NCBI GenBank assembly: GCA_048941605.1
Contig: JBHLNL010000002.1
Span: forward strand, 1,928 to 65,927
Length of the DNA: 64,000 nucleotides
Reading direction: 5' to 3'
DNA from: Promethearchaeota archaeon
Lineage (GTDB): Archaea; Asgardarchaeota; Lokiarchaeia; Sigyniarchaeales; SOKP01
Part shown: positions 19,613 through 29,056 of the stretch, one piece after another
How positions within the stretch are numbered: position 1 is the stretch's first letter
How the letters are laid out: each line of letters opens with the position of its first letter
Made by a program: the position numbers and the translations under genes
Notes under the pieces: model-generated
The model's database searches: none
What the model was told of the DNA's origin: nothing
Seen by the model: the letters and a program-made list of their open reading frames with translations, nothing else

Positions 19613-19883
19613 AATATTTTAAACCTTATCTAATTTTTAAATTTATATTAGTTGAAAAATTCAATTATGTAAAATTTTTTGATATTTACAATAAATTCCA
19701 TAACTTATTTAATATTTATAAGATACATTTTTTTTATTAATACATTTATAATGTAAATTTTTTAGTATTTTCTTTTTAGAAACACCTAATACGAGTTTAT
19801 TTCTTCAAAATAGAAATTTTGACAACAAATATTCCCTTTCATTAGATTTTTTATTTATAAAGATTAGATCGGTATTGTAGGTT

Positions 19884-20306
19884 GTGTCGATAGAAGGAAA
19901 AAATCATTCACAGGCAGACTACAAGAAATTCTTACCAATAGTGCTTTCAAAAAATGGTAATTCTATTTTTCATCCAGGGTTTATCTACCGTTCTTTGCTT
20001 CGAGAGACAACCATATCAAAATTAAATGCCCAGAAAATTACTGAGGAAGTTTTACGATTTCTCATCTCAGCAAATTTGAAGATTATAACTGCCCCTTTAA
20101 TTAGAGAAGTGGTGAATGTTCATCTGCTTAAGAATGGGTTCGAAAAGGAACGATTACAGTATACTCGAATAGGGTTGCCTTTCTATGACTTGAAAGAACT
20201 GTTCACCAATACGGAAAATGATGAGGGTGTCATATCCAAAATCATCAATTGGATTATTGAAGAATTTTATGAGGTAAATAAGCTAATTGAGGGGGATGAA
20301 AAGTGA
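19884..20306 (+). CDS. hypothetical protein, possibly ATP-cone-like
   Basis: GTG start. VLSKNGNSIFHPGFIYRSLLRETTISKLNAQKITEEVLRFL...LIREVVNVHLLKNGFEKERLQY loosely follows the ATP-cone helix pattern. Weak. Confidence 0.3.
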   Translation: MSIEGKNHSQADYKKFLPIVLSKNGNSIFHPGFIYRSLLRETTISKLNAQKITEEVLRFLISANLKIITAPLIREVVNVHLLKNGFEKERLQYTRIGLPFYDLKELFTNTENDEGVISKIINWIIEEFYEVNKLIEGDEK

Positions 20307-20512
20307 AAATTAGCAGGATATATAAGAAATTTATTTCAATGATTGGGTGGTTTATTCTTTGGATTGCTTCTTTTCCATGGTTATGGTACTATGGTATGCC
20401 TTTCTATATAGATTACTTATATTTTTATATGTACTTCAGCGGAATTGCTACTCTTCTAATTATGGTCGCTGATTTATCAGAAATTTATAAAATGACTAAA
20501 GATTACATATAA
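20303..20512 (+). CDS. small membrane protein (2 TM)
   Basis: GTG start overlapping the upstream stop by 4 nt (GTGA). Two hydrophobic helices. Confidence 0.35.
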   Translation: MKISRIYKKFISMIGWFILWIASFPWLWYYGMPFYIDYLYFYMYFSGIATLLIMVADLSEIYKMTKDYI

Positions 20513-20573
20513 AAAATGAAAGTATATCGATTTATTATACTAAAAAAAATAGTGATAATTATTGAGTGTATTT

Positions 20574-20720
20574 TCATGCATAATAGACTCCCAAAATTGC
20601 CTTACAATTAGGACACACTATTATTGTCTTTCTTCCTGGTCTTATTGTTTCTAATTCTTTCTTAGGATTTGTAAACTCAAAATTACAAAATCCACATTTT
20701 GCATTTTCGTTTTTGGGCAT
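20574..20720 (-). CDS. small zinc-ribbon protein (48 aa), not in the supplied ORF track
   Basis: Hand translation: MPKNENAKCGFCNFEFTNPKKELETIRPGRKTIIVCPNCKAILGVYYA*. It has two CxxC pairs, an ATG start and a TGA stop. Confidence 0.4.
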   Translation of the reverse strand: MPKNENAKCGFCNFEFTNPKKELETIRPGRKTIIVCPNCKAILGVYYA

Positions 20721-20793
20721 TTTCAAACCTCTAAAAATAATAGAATATAAAATTTATATAAGAACAACTTAAGTATTTTAGCTACATTGCAAG

Positions 20794-21318
20794 CTAGCTA
20801 TGATCAAGCCAAATCAAACCTGTATTATCGTCCCAAACACTAGTACCTTGAGTCTTTTGACCGCCAGCATAAATTTTAACCCAGACAGATATATATGCCT
20901 TTATATCATAATCTCTACTATCCCACACTCTCCCCCATACACGATATTTAACAGATATTTTCTCATCATATTCATTATATTCATATGACCATTCTATATT
21001 CGACGAAAATTTCCACCACCATAACCAAAATGGGAACGTATAATGGTATACAGTCCACCAGCTCCAACTTCCACTTTTACTAGTGATAATTGGACCTCCA
21101 CCAGCTCCTATTCCTGTTGTAACCTCCAAAGCTACTGTTAATCTACACTCATTTGGCAAACCAGGATAATTTCGACATCCTGTCAAATGATAATGGTGAT
21201 CATATTTAGCTGCTAAAGTGGATGTTGTTAAAAATGCTAAAATACATATTGATAATATACTTATACTTATTTTTGATCTTTTTGATAGCATATATTTAAC
21301 CTCCTTAATTTTTGTCAA
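20794..21318 (-). CDS. secreted Trp/Tyr-rich protein of unknown function
   Basis: Signal-like MLSKRSKISISILSICILAFLTTSTLAAK (alternative start 21291). The mature part is very rich in W/Y (SWSWWTVYHYTFPFWLWWWKF...). Confidence 0.45.
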   Translation of the reverse strand: MTKIKEVKYMLSKRSKISISILSICILAFLTTSTLAAKYDHHYHLTGCRNYPGLPNECRLTVALEVTTGIGAGGGPIITSKSGSWSWWTVYHYTFPFWLWWWKFSSNIEWSYEYNEYDEKISVKYRVWGRVWDSRDYDIKAYISVWVKIYAGGQKTQGTSVWDDNTGLIWLDHS

Positions 21319-21450
21319 TATTAATTTTTTTTAAAATTTTTGTCTAATTTTATAATAAGACTCTCTTTTTAAATATTACTAATTGGTAAAGGAATTGCTA
21401 AAGATCATCCAGCTGTAAAGTGGACGGAGTCATATTTAAAGACCAAAGGA

Positions 21451-21936
21451 ATGGAATTTGTTAACTTTAAGGCAGTTTCCAAACTTATTAGTCAGCTTTC
21501 CTCAACAGCTCCAGTATCTTCTAAGAGTGTTCTAAGTCCAGCTCAAAAGGCTAATATAAAAAAGATTATATGGGAGTTAACAGGGGGGAGAAGCTGGTGG
21601 ACTGGTAAGCCTGTTCCATACGATGATGCTATCCCACATCATATATTGCATGATCCTATGCCCCCCCATAAAACTCTGTATGGTGCACAATGGGAGAATA
21701 AATTCGAGTATTTTGCAATGTTATCTAAAGGGGAAAATATGAAGGTGGAGACTTTGCATGATTGGCGTAAGATTCAAGCTTTGTTTACTTCGATGTGGCA
21801 GAAATTTAAGGAGGGTGATATAGAGGGAGCAGTTGCCCATTGGTCGAACCAAAAAGATATTGATGATTTTTTGTATGAGAGGAAGTCAAAGCGATACTTA
21901 GATTATTGGTTGAATATTATTAAATATGGGATTTAA
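21451..21936 (+). CDS. hypothetical protein
   Basis: 161-aa ORF with protein-like composition; no motif recognised. Confidence 0.4.
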   Translation: MEFVNFKAVSKLISQLSSTAPVSSKSVLSPAQKANIKKIIWELTGGRSWWTGKPVPYDDAIPHHILHDPMPPHKTLYGAQWENKFEYFAMLSKGENMKVETLHDWRKIQALFTSMWQKFKEGDIEGAVAHWSNQKDIDDFLYERKSKRYLDYWLNIIKYGI

Positions 21937-22044
21937 ATTTATATTTTTCTTTTTGTAAATTTAATTAACACAAAGAGAGCCCCAATTTAAATAATTTAAT
22001 TACTATGTTATAATTATAATTATTCTCTTTATTGGTGGAGAAAA

Positions 22045-22638
22045 ATGAAAGATAATACAAAAGAGGAAGATTCTTCGCTTTTTACAGATCGATCATATAG
22101 TATTTTCACTGAGATCTTCAATTCGAATGGTCTTGTAAAACGCCTAGATTCTACTATTCTTTCTCAGTCTCAAGTTAAGTTGCTTTCTAATCTCTTTTTT
22201 ATAGTAAAGAACGCCTATGCTAAAAGGAATATTTCTTTTGATACTGAGAAGAGTGAATTTGAGAAAGTCTCTAATGTCTTTTTTCAAACATTTAAGTTGG
22301 ATGATCTTGATGACCAAGATAGCTTAGAATCTGCGATGGAGCGTTATATCGAGGATTTAACAAAATTTGAGTTTTATGTTCCTGAAGATCTTTCTAGTAG
22401 TAGGAAGCTTTATAAGCAGGGGATTAATGAAGTATTAAAGTATTTTGAAGAATCATTAAGGACTATAAGGGAGGAGGAAATAATCTTCTGGGAAAGACTA
22501 TTTGAAGAGTACAAGAAAGATAAGGAAGGCTATAACTTAGAGTTTCGTACCACAGCAACACGATTTAAGAAAGATCTTGACAGATTCTCACAGATCACCA
22601 AAGAGGACATCGAGAACACCTTTAAGAGTCTCAAGTAG
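22045..22638 (+). CDS. hypothetical acidic helical protein
   Basis: 197-aa ORF, E/D/K-rich helical composition; no motif recognised. Confidence 0.4.
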   Translation: MKDNTKEEDSSLFTDRSYSIFTEIFNSNGLVKRLDSTILSQSQVKLLSNLFFIVKNAYAKRNISFDTEKSEFEKVSNVFFQTFKLDDLDDQDSLESAMERYIEDLTKFEFYVPEDLSSSRKLYKQGINEVLKYFEESLRTIREEEIIFWERLFEEYKKDKEGYNLEFRTTATRFKKDLDRFSQITKEDIENTFKSLK

Positions 22639-22984
22639 TATGTTTTTTATTAGGTTGTGAATAAGAATCTATGGGCTTATTCCTATCAGAGATTAAAAGT
22701 ATTGCTTGTTCGAGGTTTTTGAGAGTACATTTTTTCCATTTATATATATATGATCCATTTCTTTATAATGTTTTTTCTATTGAGTAATTAGATAAGCTAT
22801 CTTAGAAATTAAAAATTTATACCTTTGTTTATATATGAAGATGTTGAAATTATAATTGGGCAATTTTTGCGATAAAAATCAAGGGGATTGCAGGGGTTCA
22901 GCCAAAAAGACAAGAGAAGGGGGTAAATAGGGAGTAAAGAGGACGAGATCCGTTTCTTTTTTTTTAATTTTTAATTGAAATTTA

Positions 22985-24070
22985 TTATTCAATAAGTTTT
23001 TTTAATTGAAATTTACCATCTATTTGTAAAATATTTGATTTTTTTGATAGTATCTCAAATAAAAATTTTCTTTCATTTTGGAATTTTATATTTGATAATT
23101 TTATTTGAAAGATTAGATCTTTTTTACTTTCGATTTCAATCCAATGTAGTTTTTCAAAAAACTTCAAGAGATTAAGAGTATACTCCTCACGATCACTAAA
23201 TTTATCTATTTCGTTTTCTGTTAAATTTACCCAATCTTTTTGAATTTCTTCGTTGTTAAAATTGATGATAACATTTCTATCTCCAGCTAACCTCATCCAA
23301 AAATAATAATCCTTATCATCTAAAATTCTAGGATAATTGAAGAAATAAGATAGATTATGGTTAACTAGTTCAACCCTCTCTTTTTTTGCCAAGTCTTTTC
23401 TATAAAACAAATCTGTGGTTTTTAAGTTGAACCTGAAATAGTTATCTTTATCTGAATATAGAAAATTAGTTATTTTAGCACCTAACAAACCAAAAAGTGC
23501 TGCATTGTATTTGCAATTTTCAAATGTTAAATTTTTGTATAATCCAGAATATTCAAATATTCCAGTTAATCCTTTTCCCTTCTTTCCAGTAAAGATATCC
23601 AAATTTACTTCCTTGGTAAGATTTTGTGAAATTAAATAGTTTTTAACTCTATTGAATATACTCTTTATACTAGCAATATCATAAGGATCCATTCGATCCA
23701 AATAAAGCCTTCTTAGAGTTAAATAAAAAAAGGTGTTTTTTTCAAAGAATGGATGTGTATAACGATTTGTCCTTATAGCAGTTTCATAATAAGGAATTAA
23801 GGCATTAAAGGAAATTTTATCGAAAAATCCCTTAATTTCACTGTCTACAAAAGATTTAAAGTCATCAAGTGTTTTACGTTGGTCAAAACAATCCATAGTT
23901 TTTTCCAAAACATAATTGTAAAAAGCCGAGATACTTTTAACCCGATTATCGTTCGGATATTTGTTTTGATTTTCAATTACATATTTTTCTATTCGATCTT
24001 TCAATGCAGGGGAAATAGAAATTGTCTGCTGGGTTATTTTTTTTCTTGATAAAGGTCTTTCTGAAGTCAT
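22985..24070 (-). CDS. hypothetical protein, family A paralog 2 (N-terminal RHH-like segment)
   Basis: Collinear full-length similarity to 18539..19612 (see that entry). Confidence 0.55.
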   Translation of the reverse strand: MTSERPLSRKKITQQTISISPALKDRIEKYVIENQNKYPNDNRVKSISAFYNYVLEKTMDCFDQRKTLDDFKSFVDSEIKGFFDKISFNALIPYYETAIRTNRYTHPFFEKNTFFYLTLRRLYLDRMDPYDIASIKSIFNRVKNYLISQNLTKEVNLDIFTGKKGKGLTGIFEYSGLYKNLTFENCKYNAALFGLLGAKITNFLYSDKDNYFRFNLKTTDLFYRKDLAKKERVELVNHNLSYFFNYPRILDDKDYYFWMRLAGDRNVIINFNNEEIQKDWVNLTENEIDKFSDREEYTLNLLKFFEKLHWIEIESKKDLIFQIKLSNIKFQNERKFLFEILSKKSNILQIDGKFQLKKLIE

Positions 24071-24216
24071 TTTTGATTCTTTTTTTAATTTTTTTTGACA
24101 TTTATATAGTAAACTTTTGTATATATAAAATTATTAAAAAATAAATTTGCAAATTATAATAGAATAGATTGGTAATATATCCTTTCAGTAGAACAAACTA
24201 GTTTTGATCCTATTTT

Positions 24217-24229
24217 AAAAAGGTTTAGG
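24217..24229. repeat. 13-nt direct repeat AAAAAGGTTTAGG, right copy
   Basis: Identical to 18511..18523. Lies just 3' of the elp3 stop on the minus strand. Confidence 0.6.
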
Positions 24230-24234
24230 GAATT

Positions 24235-25869
24235 TTATTTAATAAATAATTTAGAAACATATACTCCATCTAATTTATACCCTAAATTCCTGAAAAAGTC
24301 CCTTGCTCCAAAACCACTTATAACAGCTAATTTTTTTACATCAAACTCTTTAAATGCTATTTTTTCAGCATTTTCCATCAATAACTTTCCATATCCTTGA
24401 TGTTGTATTTGAGTATAATAATTTGGTTTCATATCTTTTGGAACAAGTTCGCCAACCACTTTAATTTCTCTGACGATCATAGTTTTTCCATCATTTAATT
24501 CGGGTCTGTGAGCAAATTCAGAAGGCTTTCGTAAGCGTAAATACCCTACCAAATAATCTTCCTTTTTATTCTCATATGATAGGAATATTTCAGTTCCTTC
24601 TGATGCTTCATAATCTAATCGATATAATTTTACTTCATCGAAAGATTGTTTATCAAATACTCTTTTTTTCTTGCTAATTCCATATTCACGACATCTAATA
24701 CATTTGCATGTTTCGTTAATTTCTGTTAATCTATCATGGACTAGTTGCCTTAAATTGCTATTTTTACATCCCGCTTCGATTAAATTTGCAGGGATGTCTC
24801 TCATAATTCTTTGTATTCGAACGTAAGGAGGAAGATTTATTTTAGCTCTCACTATTAAATCTATCAATTCTTTATCAGAATAAGGTGAATATTTTCCTTC
24901 TTTCCACCAGTTATACAATTCAGTACCATTTATTACCAGAGTTGGATAAATTTTTAACATATCTGGTCGATAATTAGAATTAGAATATAATTCATCGAAT
25001 AATTGCATATCTTTAGAATAATTAGAACCAGGTAGGTTGGGCATTATATGAGCATTGATTTTTAATCCAGCATCTTTGGCAATTCTGATTGCTTCTATAC
25101 TATCTTCTATAGTATGAGCTCTCTTCACTAATGTATATATATCCTCAAATACAGTTTGAATACCTAGCTCAACTCGAGTTGTACCGTAATTTAACATACG
25201 ATCTACATCTTTTTCTTTACAGTAATCAGGTCTTGTTTCTAAAGTTATCCCTATAACACGTCTTCTGGATCTCTCAGCGAGTTTCTTAGCTTGTTCTAAA
25301 GTATCTACTCTTTTTTCAATAATTCCTTCTAATGCTCCTTTTATGAATTCTTCCTGATACTTTGAGTTAGTTGATAAAAATGTACCTCCCATAATGATTA
25401 ATTCAATTTTATCAACTTTATGGCCTATTGCTTCTAAATCATTAATTCTGCTTTGAACCTGTAAATAGGGATCATAATCATTATGAATGGATCTCATAGC
25501 TGCAGGTTCACGACCAGTATAACTTTGGGCAACTTTTTCTCCAGGTTGAGAGTCTTGACCCGGACAATATATACAAGTTCCAGGACATGGAAGTGGTTTA
25601 GTCATAATAGCTATTACAGACACTCCAGATAATGTTCTAGTTATTCTCCTTTTAAGAATCTGAGTTATGGTATTTTTTTCTTCCTCTGTAGCAAAATCCA
25701 AAATAGTGGCATTTTTTATAACTTTATTATAATTATACTTTTTACCTATCCTTCCCTTAATATTTGTTATTTTGTCGCGAGGGGTTTCTGGGTTTTTTTC
25801 TAAATAATCTATTATCTCTCGAGAAATCTTTTTAATTATTTCGTGATTTTCAATTTCTAAGGAACCCAT
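24235..25869 (-). CDS. elp3: Elp3-type tRNA-modifying radical SAM + GNAT acetyltransferase
   Basis: VIAIMTKPLPCPGTCIYCPG radical-SAM cluster region, TIM-barrel body, and a C-terminal GNAT segment (QHQGYGKLLMENAEKIA). Confidence 0.9.
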   Translation of the reverse strand: MGSLEIENHEIIKKISREIIDYLEKNPETPRDKITNIKGRIGKKYNYNKVIKNATILDFATEEEKNTITQILKRRITRTLSGVSVIAIMTKPLPCPGTCIYCPGQDSQPGEKVAQSYTGREPAAMRSIHNDYDPYLQVQSRINDLEAIGHKVDKIELIIMGGTFLSTNSKYQEEFIKGALEGIIEKRVDTLEQAKKLAERSRRRVIGITLETRPDYCKEKDVDRMLNYGTTRVELGIQTVFEDIYTLVKRAHTIEDSIEAIRIAKDAGLKINAHIMPNLPGSNYSKDMQLFDELYSNSNYRPDMLKIYPTLVINGTELYNWWKEGKYSPYSDKELIDLIVRAKINLPPYVRIQRIMRDIPANLIEAGCKNSNLRQLVHDRLTEINETCKCIRCREYGISKKKRVFDKQSFDEVKLYRLDYEASEGTEIFLSYENKKEDYLVGYLRLRKPSEFAHRPELNDGKTMIVREIKVVGELVPKDMKPNYYTQIQHQGYGKLLMENAEKIAFKEFDVKKLAVISGFGARDFFRNLGYKLDGVYVSKLFIK

Positions 25870-25985
25870 TATTTTTGAAGGAAAGGTAATTTGATATGCT
25901 TTAAAGGTTTTATAATTTTCAAGTATAATATTAAGAGATTAAGTAAATATTTTGTGATTTGAGCAATCTAAATTCAAATTTCTTT

Positions 25986-26840
25986 TTAATCAATTGAGAT
26001 TTTTTTTCCAGTGAAATCCCTTTGGTATTTTCCAAAATCTTGAATTTTCTTTAAAGTATCAGAATCAAAAATAGGACCATCTTTACATACAAGTAAGCCT
26101 AATGGATCCAAAGTACATAATCCACACAATCCACAGCCACATCTCATTATTCGCTCAAGACTTGCTTGAAGCTCGATATTCCATTTTTCACATATTTCAT
26201 AGATCGAATATAGCATTTTTTCAGGACCGCAAGTGTAGACTATTGCATTTGAAAGAAGTCTCTTCGAGTAAGTCGTCAATATTCTTTCAAAAGCCTCAGT
26301 CGCAAGGCCTTTGGTTCCTAAACTCCCATCTTCGGTGCAATAAAAAATGTCATTAGAATTCTTGTCTAACATTTGTTTTTGAGTTGTAAACATTAATTCA
26401 CTTTTGACGTTTGCACCTTGAATTAGAATAAAAGAAATTTTATGTTCATATAGCTCTTGGGAAAGAAAACGAAGAGGAGCCATACCAATTCCCCCCCCTA
26501 TTAAAAATATATATTTTGACTTCTCTTTCGGAATTTTAAAGTAGTTACCCAAAGGTCCTCTAACACCAATAAAATCCCCCTTCTTTAAGTTAAAAATTGC
26601 ATTGGTGCATTCACCAACATTTTTTACAGTAATCGCCCAATTTCGATTATTATCACAGCCAGATATAGACATAGGTATCTCATCAACTCCAGGCACCCAT
26701 ACCATAATAAATTGCCCTGGTTTAGGAATAATGTAGTTTTTAATAGTGTTGTTCTTCATAGAGAAAGTAAAAGTTCTAACGTCATTACATTCATCAATTA
26801 TTTCTTGAACTTTCACTGTTTTTATTATATTTTCAGTCAA
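25986..26840 (-). CDS. pyrK: dihydroorotate dehydrogenase electron-transfer subunit
   Basis: FAD/NAD-binding ferredoxin-reductase-like body (IGGGIGMAPL) and a C-terminal 2Fe-2S motif MRCGCGLCGLC. Overlaps pyrD by 8 nt. Confidence 0.85.
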   Translation of the reverse strand: MTENIIKTVKVQEIIDECNDVRTFTFSMKNNTIKNYIIPKPGQFIMVWVPGVDEIPMSISGCDNNRNWAITVKNVGECTNAIFNLKKGDFIGVRGPLGNYFKIPKEKSKYIFLIGGGIGMAPLRFLSQELYEHKISFILIQGANVKSELMFTTQKQMLDKNSNDIFYCTEDGSLGTKGLATEAFERILTTYSKRLLSNAIVYTCGPEKMLYSIYEICEKWNIELQASLERIMRCGCGLCGLCTLDPLGLLVCKDGPIFDSDTLKKIQDFGKYQRDFTGKKISID

Positions 26841-27759
26841 AATCAGGCACCTCTTGAGTTTTGAACTGATGAGCTAAACCCTTTATATCATTTATAGATT
26901 TAAATTTATTATTTTTTAGATATTGAGTTATCCCATGATTAATATCAATAAGGATTTCCACTCCGTTATATAAAGCAGTTCCAATTTGTACTGCTGAAGC
27001 TCCAGCTAAAAAGAATTCAACAACATCTTGCCAAGAATCTATTCCTCCACACCCTATTATTGGGATTTTTAGTGTTTTATATAAATCATATACTTTTTTT
27101 ACAGCTATAGGATGAATTGCCTTCCCGGAAAGTCCACCACTTCCATGGGATAAAATAGGTCTTTTAGTATTTACATCTATTTTCAATGCTGATAAAGTAT
27201 TTATAGCAACCACGCCGTCAGCACCAGCTTTCTCAGCTGCTAAGGCAATTTCTACTATATTTGTTACATTGGGATTTAATTTTACAAAAAGAGGGATACT
27301 AAGTTTGTTTTTTAAAAATTTTACAATCTCAGAAGTTAAATCTTTATCAATACCTATGCAAGATATTTCAGCATGTGGACATGAGATATTTATTTCAATC
27401 GCATCAGCTCCTGCGTTTTCAGCTTTAGTGGCAACATCCAGATAGACTTCCTTGGTATCACCAAAAACACTTACTATTAATGGAATGTTGTACTTCTTAA
27501 TTTCATTTATTTCTGAAATAAAATCATCGATCCCGGGATTTCCGAGACCCACACTATTCATAAATGTTCCAGGATATATCTCTATTATAGATGGATTTTT
27601 ATATCCTTTTCTCGGTATTGGTCCTATTGATTTTGTAGTGACAGCACCAGCTCCAGCATCAATTACTCTTTTCATTGAAGAAAAAGATACTCCTAAAATT
27701 CCTGAAGCTAAAATAATAGGAGATTTTAGTTTTAAACCAGCAAGATTTACTTCTAGCAT
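26833..27759 (-). CDS. pyrD: dihydroorotate dehydrogenase (class 1B) catalytic subunit
   Basis: LKSPIILASG...AVTTKSI...NSVGLGNPG...EINISCPH...NTL...GGLSG...GCGGI are typical PyrD motifs. Confidence 0.9.
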   Translation of the reverse strand: MLEVNLAGLKLKSPIILASGILGVSFSSMKRVIDAGAGAVTTKSIGPIPRKGYKNPSIIEIYPGTFMNSVGLGNPGIDDFISEINEIKKYNIPLIVSVFGDTKEVYLDVATKAENAGADAIEINISCPHAEISCIGIDKDLTSEIVKFLKNKLSIPLFVKLNPNVTNIVEIALAAEKAGADGVVAINTLSALKIDVNTKRPILSHGSGGLSGKAIHPIAVKKVYDLYKTLKIPIIGCGGIDSWQDVVEFFLAGASAVQIGTALYNGVEILIDINHGITQYLKNNKFKSINDIKGLAHQFKTQEVPDFD

Positions 27760-27837
27760 TTTTTAAAAGACAATAATGATTATAGTTTTATAATAATTAT
27801 TAATGAAGGAAAAATAAGTATAAATTAGCCAATCATA

Positions 27838-29037
27838 ATGAAGTCTTACATAGCAGATACTTTAATTGGAATTTTTGCATTTGATGAGACTGGAAACATC
27901 TTAAATTTTATTGATTTTGATGATGATCACGAAAAAATCCTTGAATTTTATGAATCATTAGAAAATAATATTATTCAAAAAGTGTTTGAGAATTTTTTAG
28001 TGCAATTGAAAAATTCTGGTTTTAATGAATTTATATTTGATAATAAAAAATTAGCATCATTAACTTCAGAAAAACTAGGATATAAAACTATTATTGAGAG
28101 AAAATCGTTAGAACTCAAAGCATTTCGTTTAAATCTGGAATATAACTTAAAAAAAATTGGAATAAACAAAAATAGTGAAGATATCCTTTCACAGTACAAA
28201 GAAATAAGCGACAAATTAACAAGAAGAAGAGTTAGCCAAGCTAGTGGACATTTTGATAATAAAATTACTCAAATTATTACAGTTTTAGACGTGATTAAAA
28301 AGTCAATAAGTCTATTCTCAAGTCATCTAAGAGAATGGTATGGTTTACATTTCCCCGAGTTAACTGATAAAATTATTGAGGATAACATGATTGTAGCAAA
28401 ATTGATTTCAATTATAGGATCTAGGGAAAATTTTACATTTGAAAATATAAATAAAGAGTTTGATTTAAAGGAAAGTAAGATTAAAGCTTTAGAGCATTAT
28501 GCTTTACAGTCAATGGGTGCAAATATTGATCTCTCTATGATACAAAAATATGCTGACCAAATTATTTCATTGGATAAATATCGGGTAGAGTTAGAGAATC
28601 ATTTAGAAGGGTTGTTGGAAGATTATGCTCCTAATGTTAATGCAATAATTGGATCTTTGATCGGAGCTAAATTAATAGCTAAAGCAGGAAGTTTACAGAA
28701 ATTAGCTTACATGCCAGCGTCTAGAATCCAATTATTAGGAGCAGAAAAAGCTTTATATAGATTTCTTAAATCTGGGGAAAAAAGACCTAAACATGGATTA
28801 ATTTTCCAATGGAATCAAATAAGATCGGCAAAACCATATAATAGAGGGAAAATTGCACGTGTCGTAGCAGGGAAAATTGGAGTTGCTGCTAAATTAGATT
28901 ATTTTAGTGGAGAATTCATTGGTGATAAATTATCACATGAAATTGAAGCAAAAATCAAAGAAATCGATGTTAAATATCCAAATCCTCCCAAAAAAAAGCC
29001 GCCTCAAAAAAGTAAGAAAAAAGCAAAAAAAAGATAA
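27838..29037 (+). CDS. nop5: C/D box sRNP protein Nop5 (Nop56/58)
   Basis: Nop domain LREWYGLHFPEL...GAKLIAKAGSLQKLAYMPASRIQLLGAEKALYRFL and a lysine-rich tail. Followed by fibrillarin. Confidence 0.9.
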   Translation: MKSYIADTLIGIFAFDETGNILNFIDFDDDHEKILEFYESLENNIIQKVFENFLVQLKNSGFNEFIFDNKKLASLTSEKLGYKTIIERKSLELKAFRLNLEYNLKKIGINKNSEDILSQYKEISDKLTRRRVSQASGHFDNKITQIITVLDVIKKSISLFSSHLREWYGLHFPELTDKIIEDNMIVAKLISIIGSRENFTFENINKEFDLKESKIKALEHYALQSMGANIDLSMIQKYADQIISLDKYRVELENHLEGLLEDYAPNVNAIIGSLIGAKLIAKAGSLQKLAYMPASRIQLLGAEKALYRFLKSGEKRPKHGLIFQWNQIRSAKPYNRGKIARVVAGKIGVAAKLDYFSGEFIGDKLSHEIEAKIKEIDVKYPNPPKKKPPQKSKKKAKKR

Positions 29038-29056
29038 TTAGGTAATATGAAAAAAA

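Noticed and set aside
21373-21450. A 26-codon open frame upstream of the ATG of gene 21451..21936 (..GKGIAKDHPAVKWTESYLKTKG-M).
   Set aside because: It is too short to be statistically meaningful in this composition, and it has no start codon or recognisable motif. Noted only because two other genes show the same kind of startless upstream extension.
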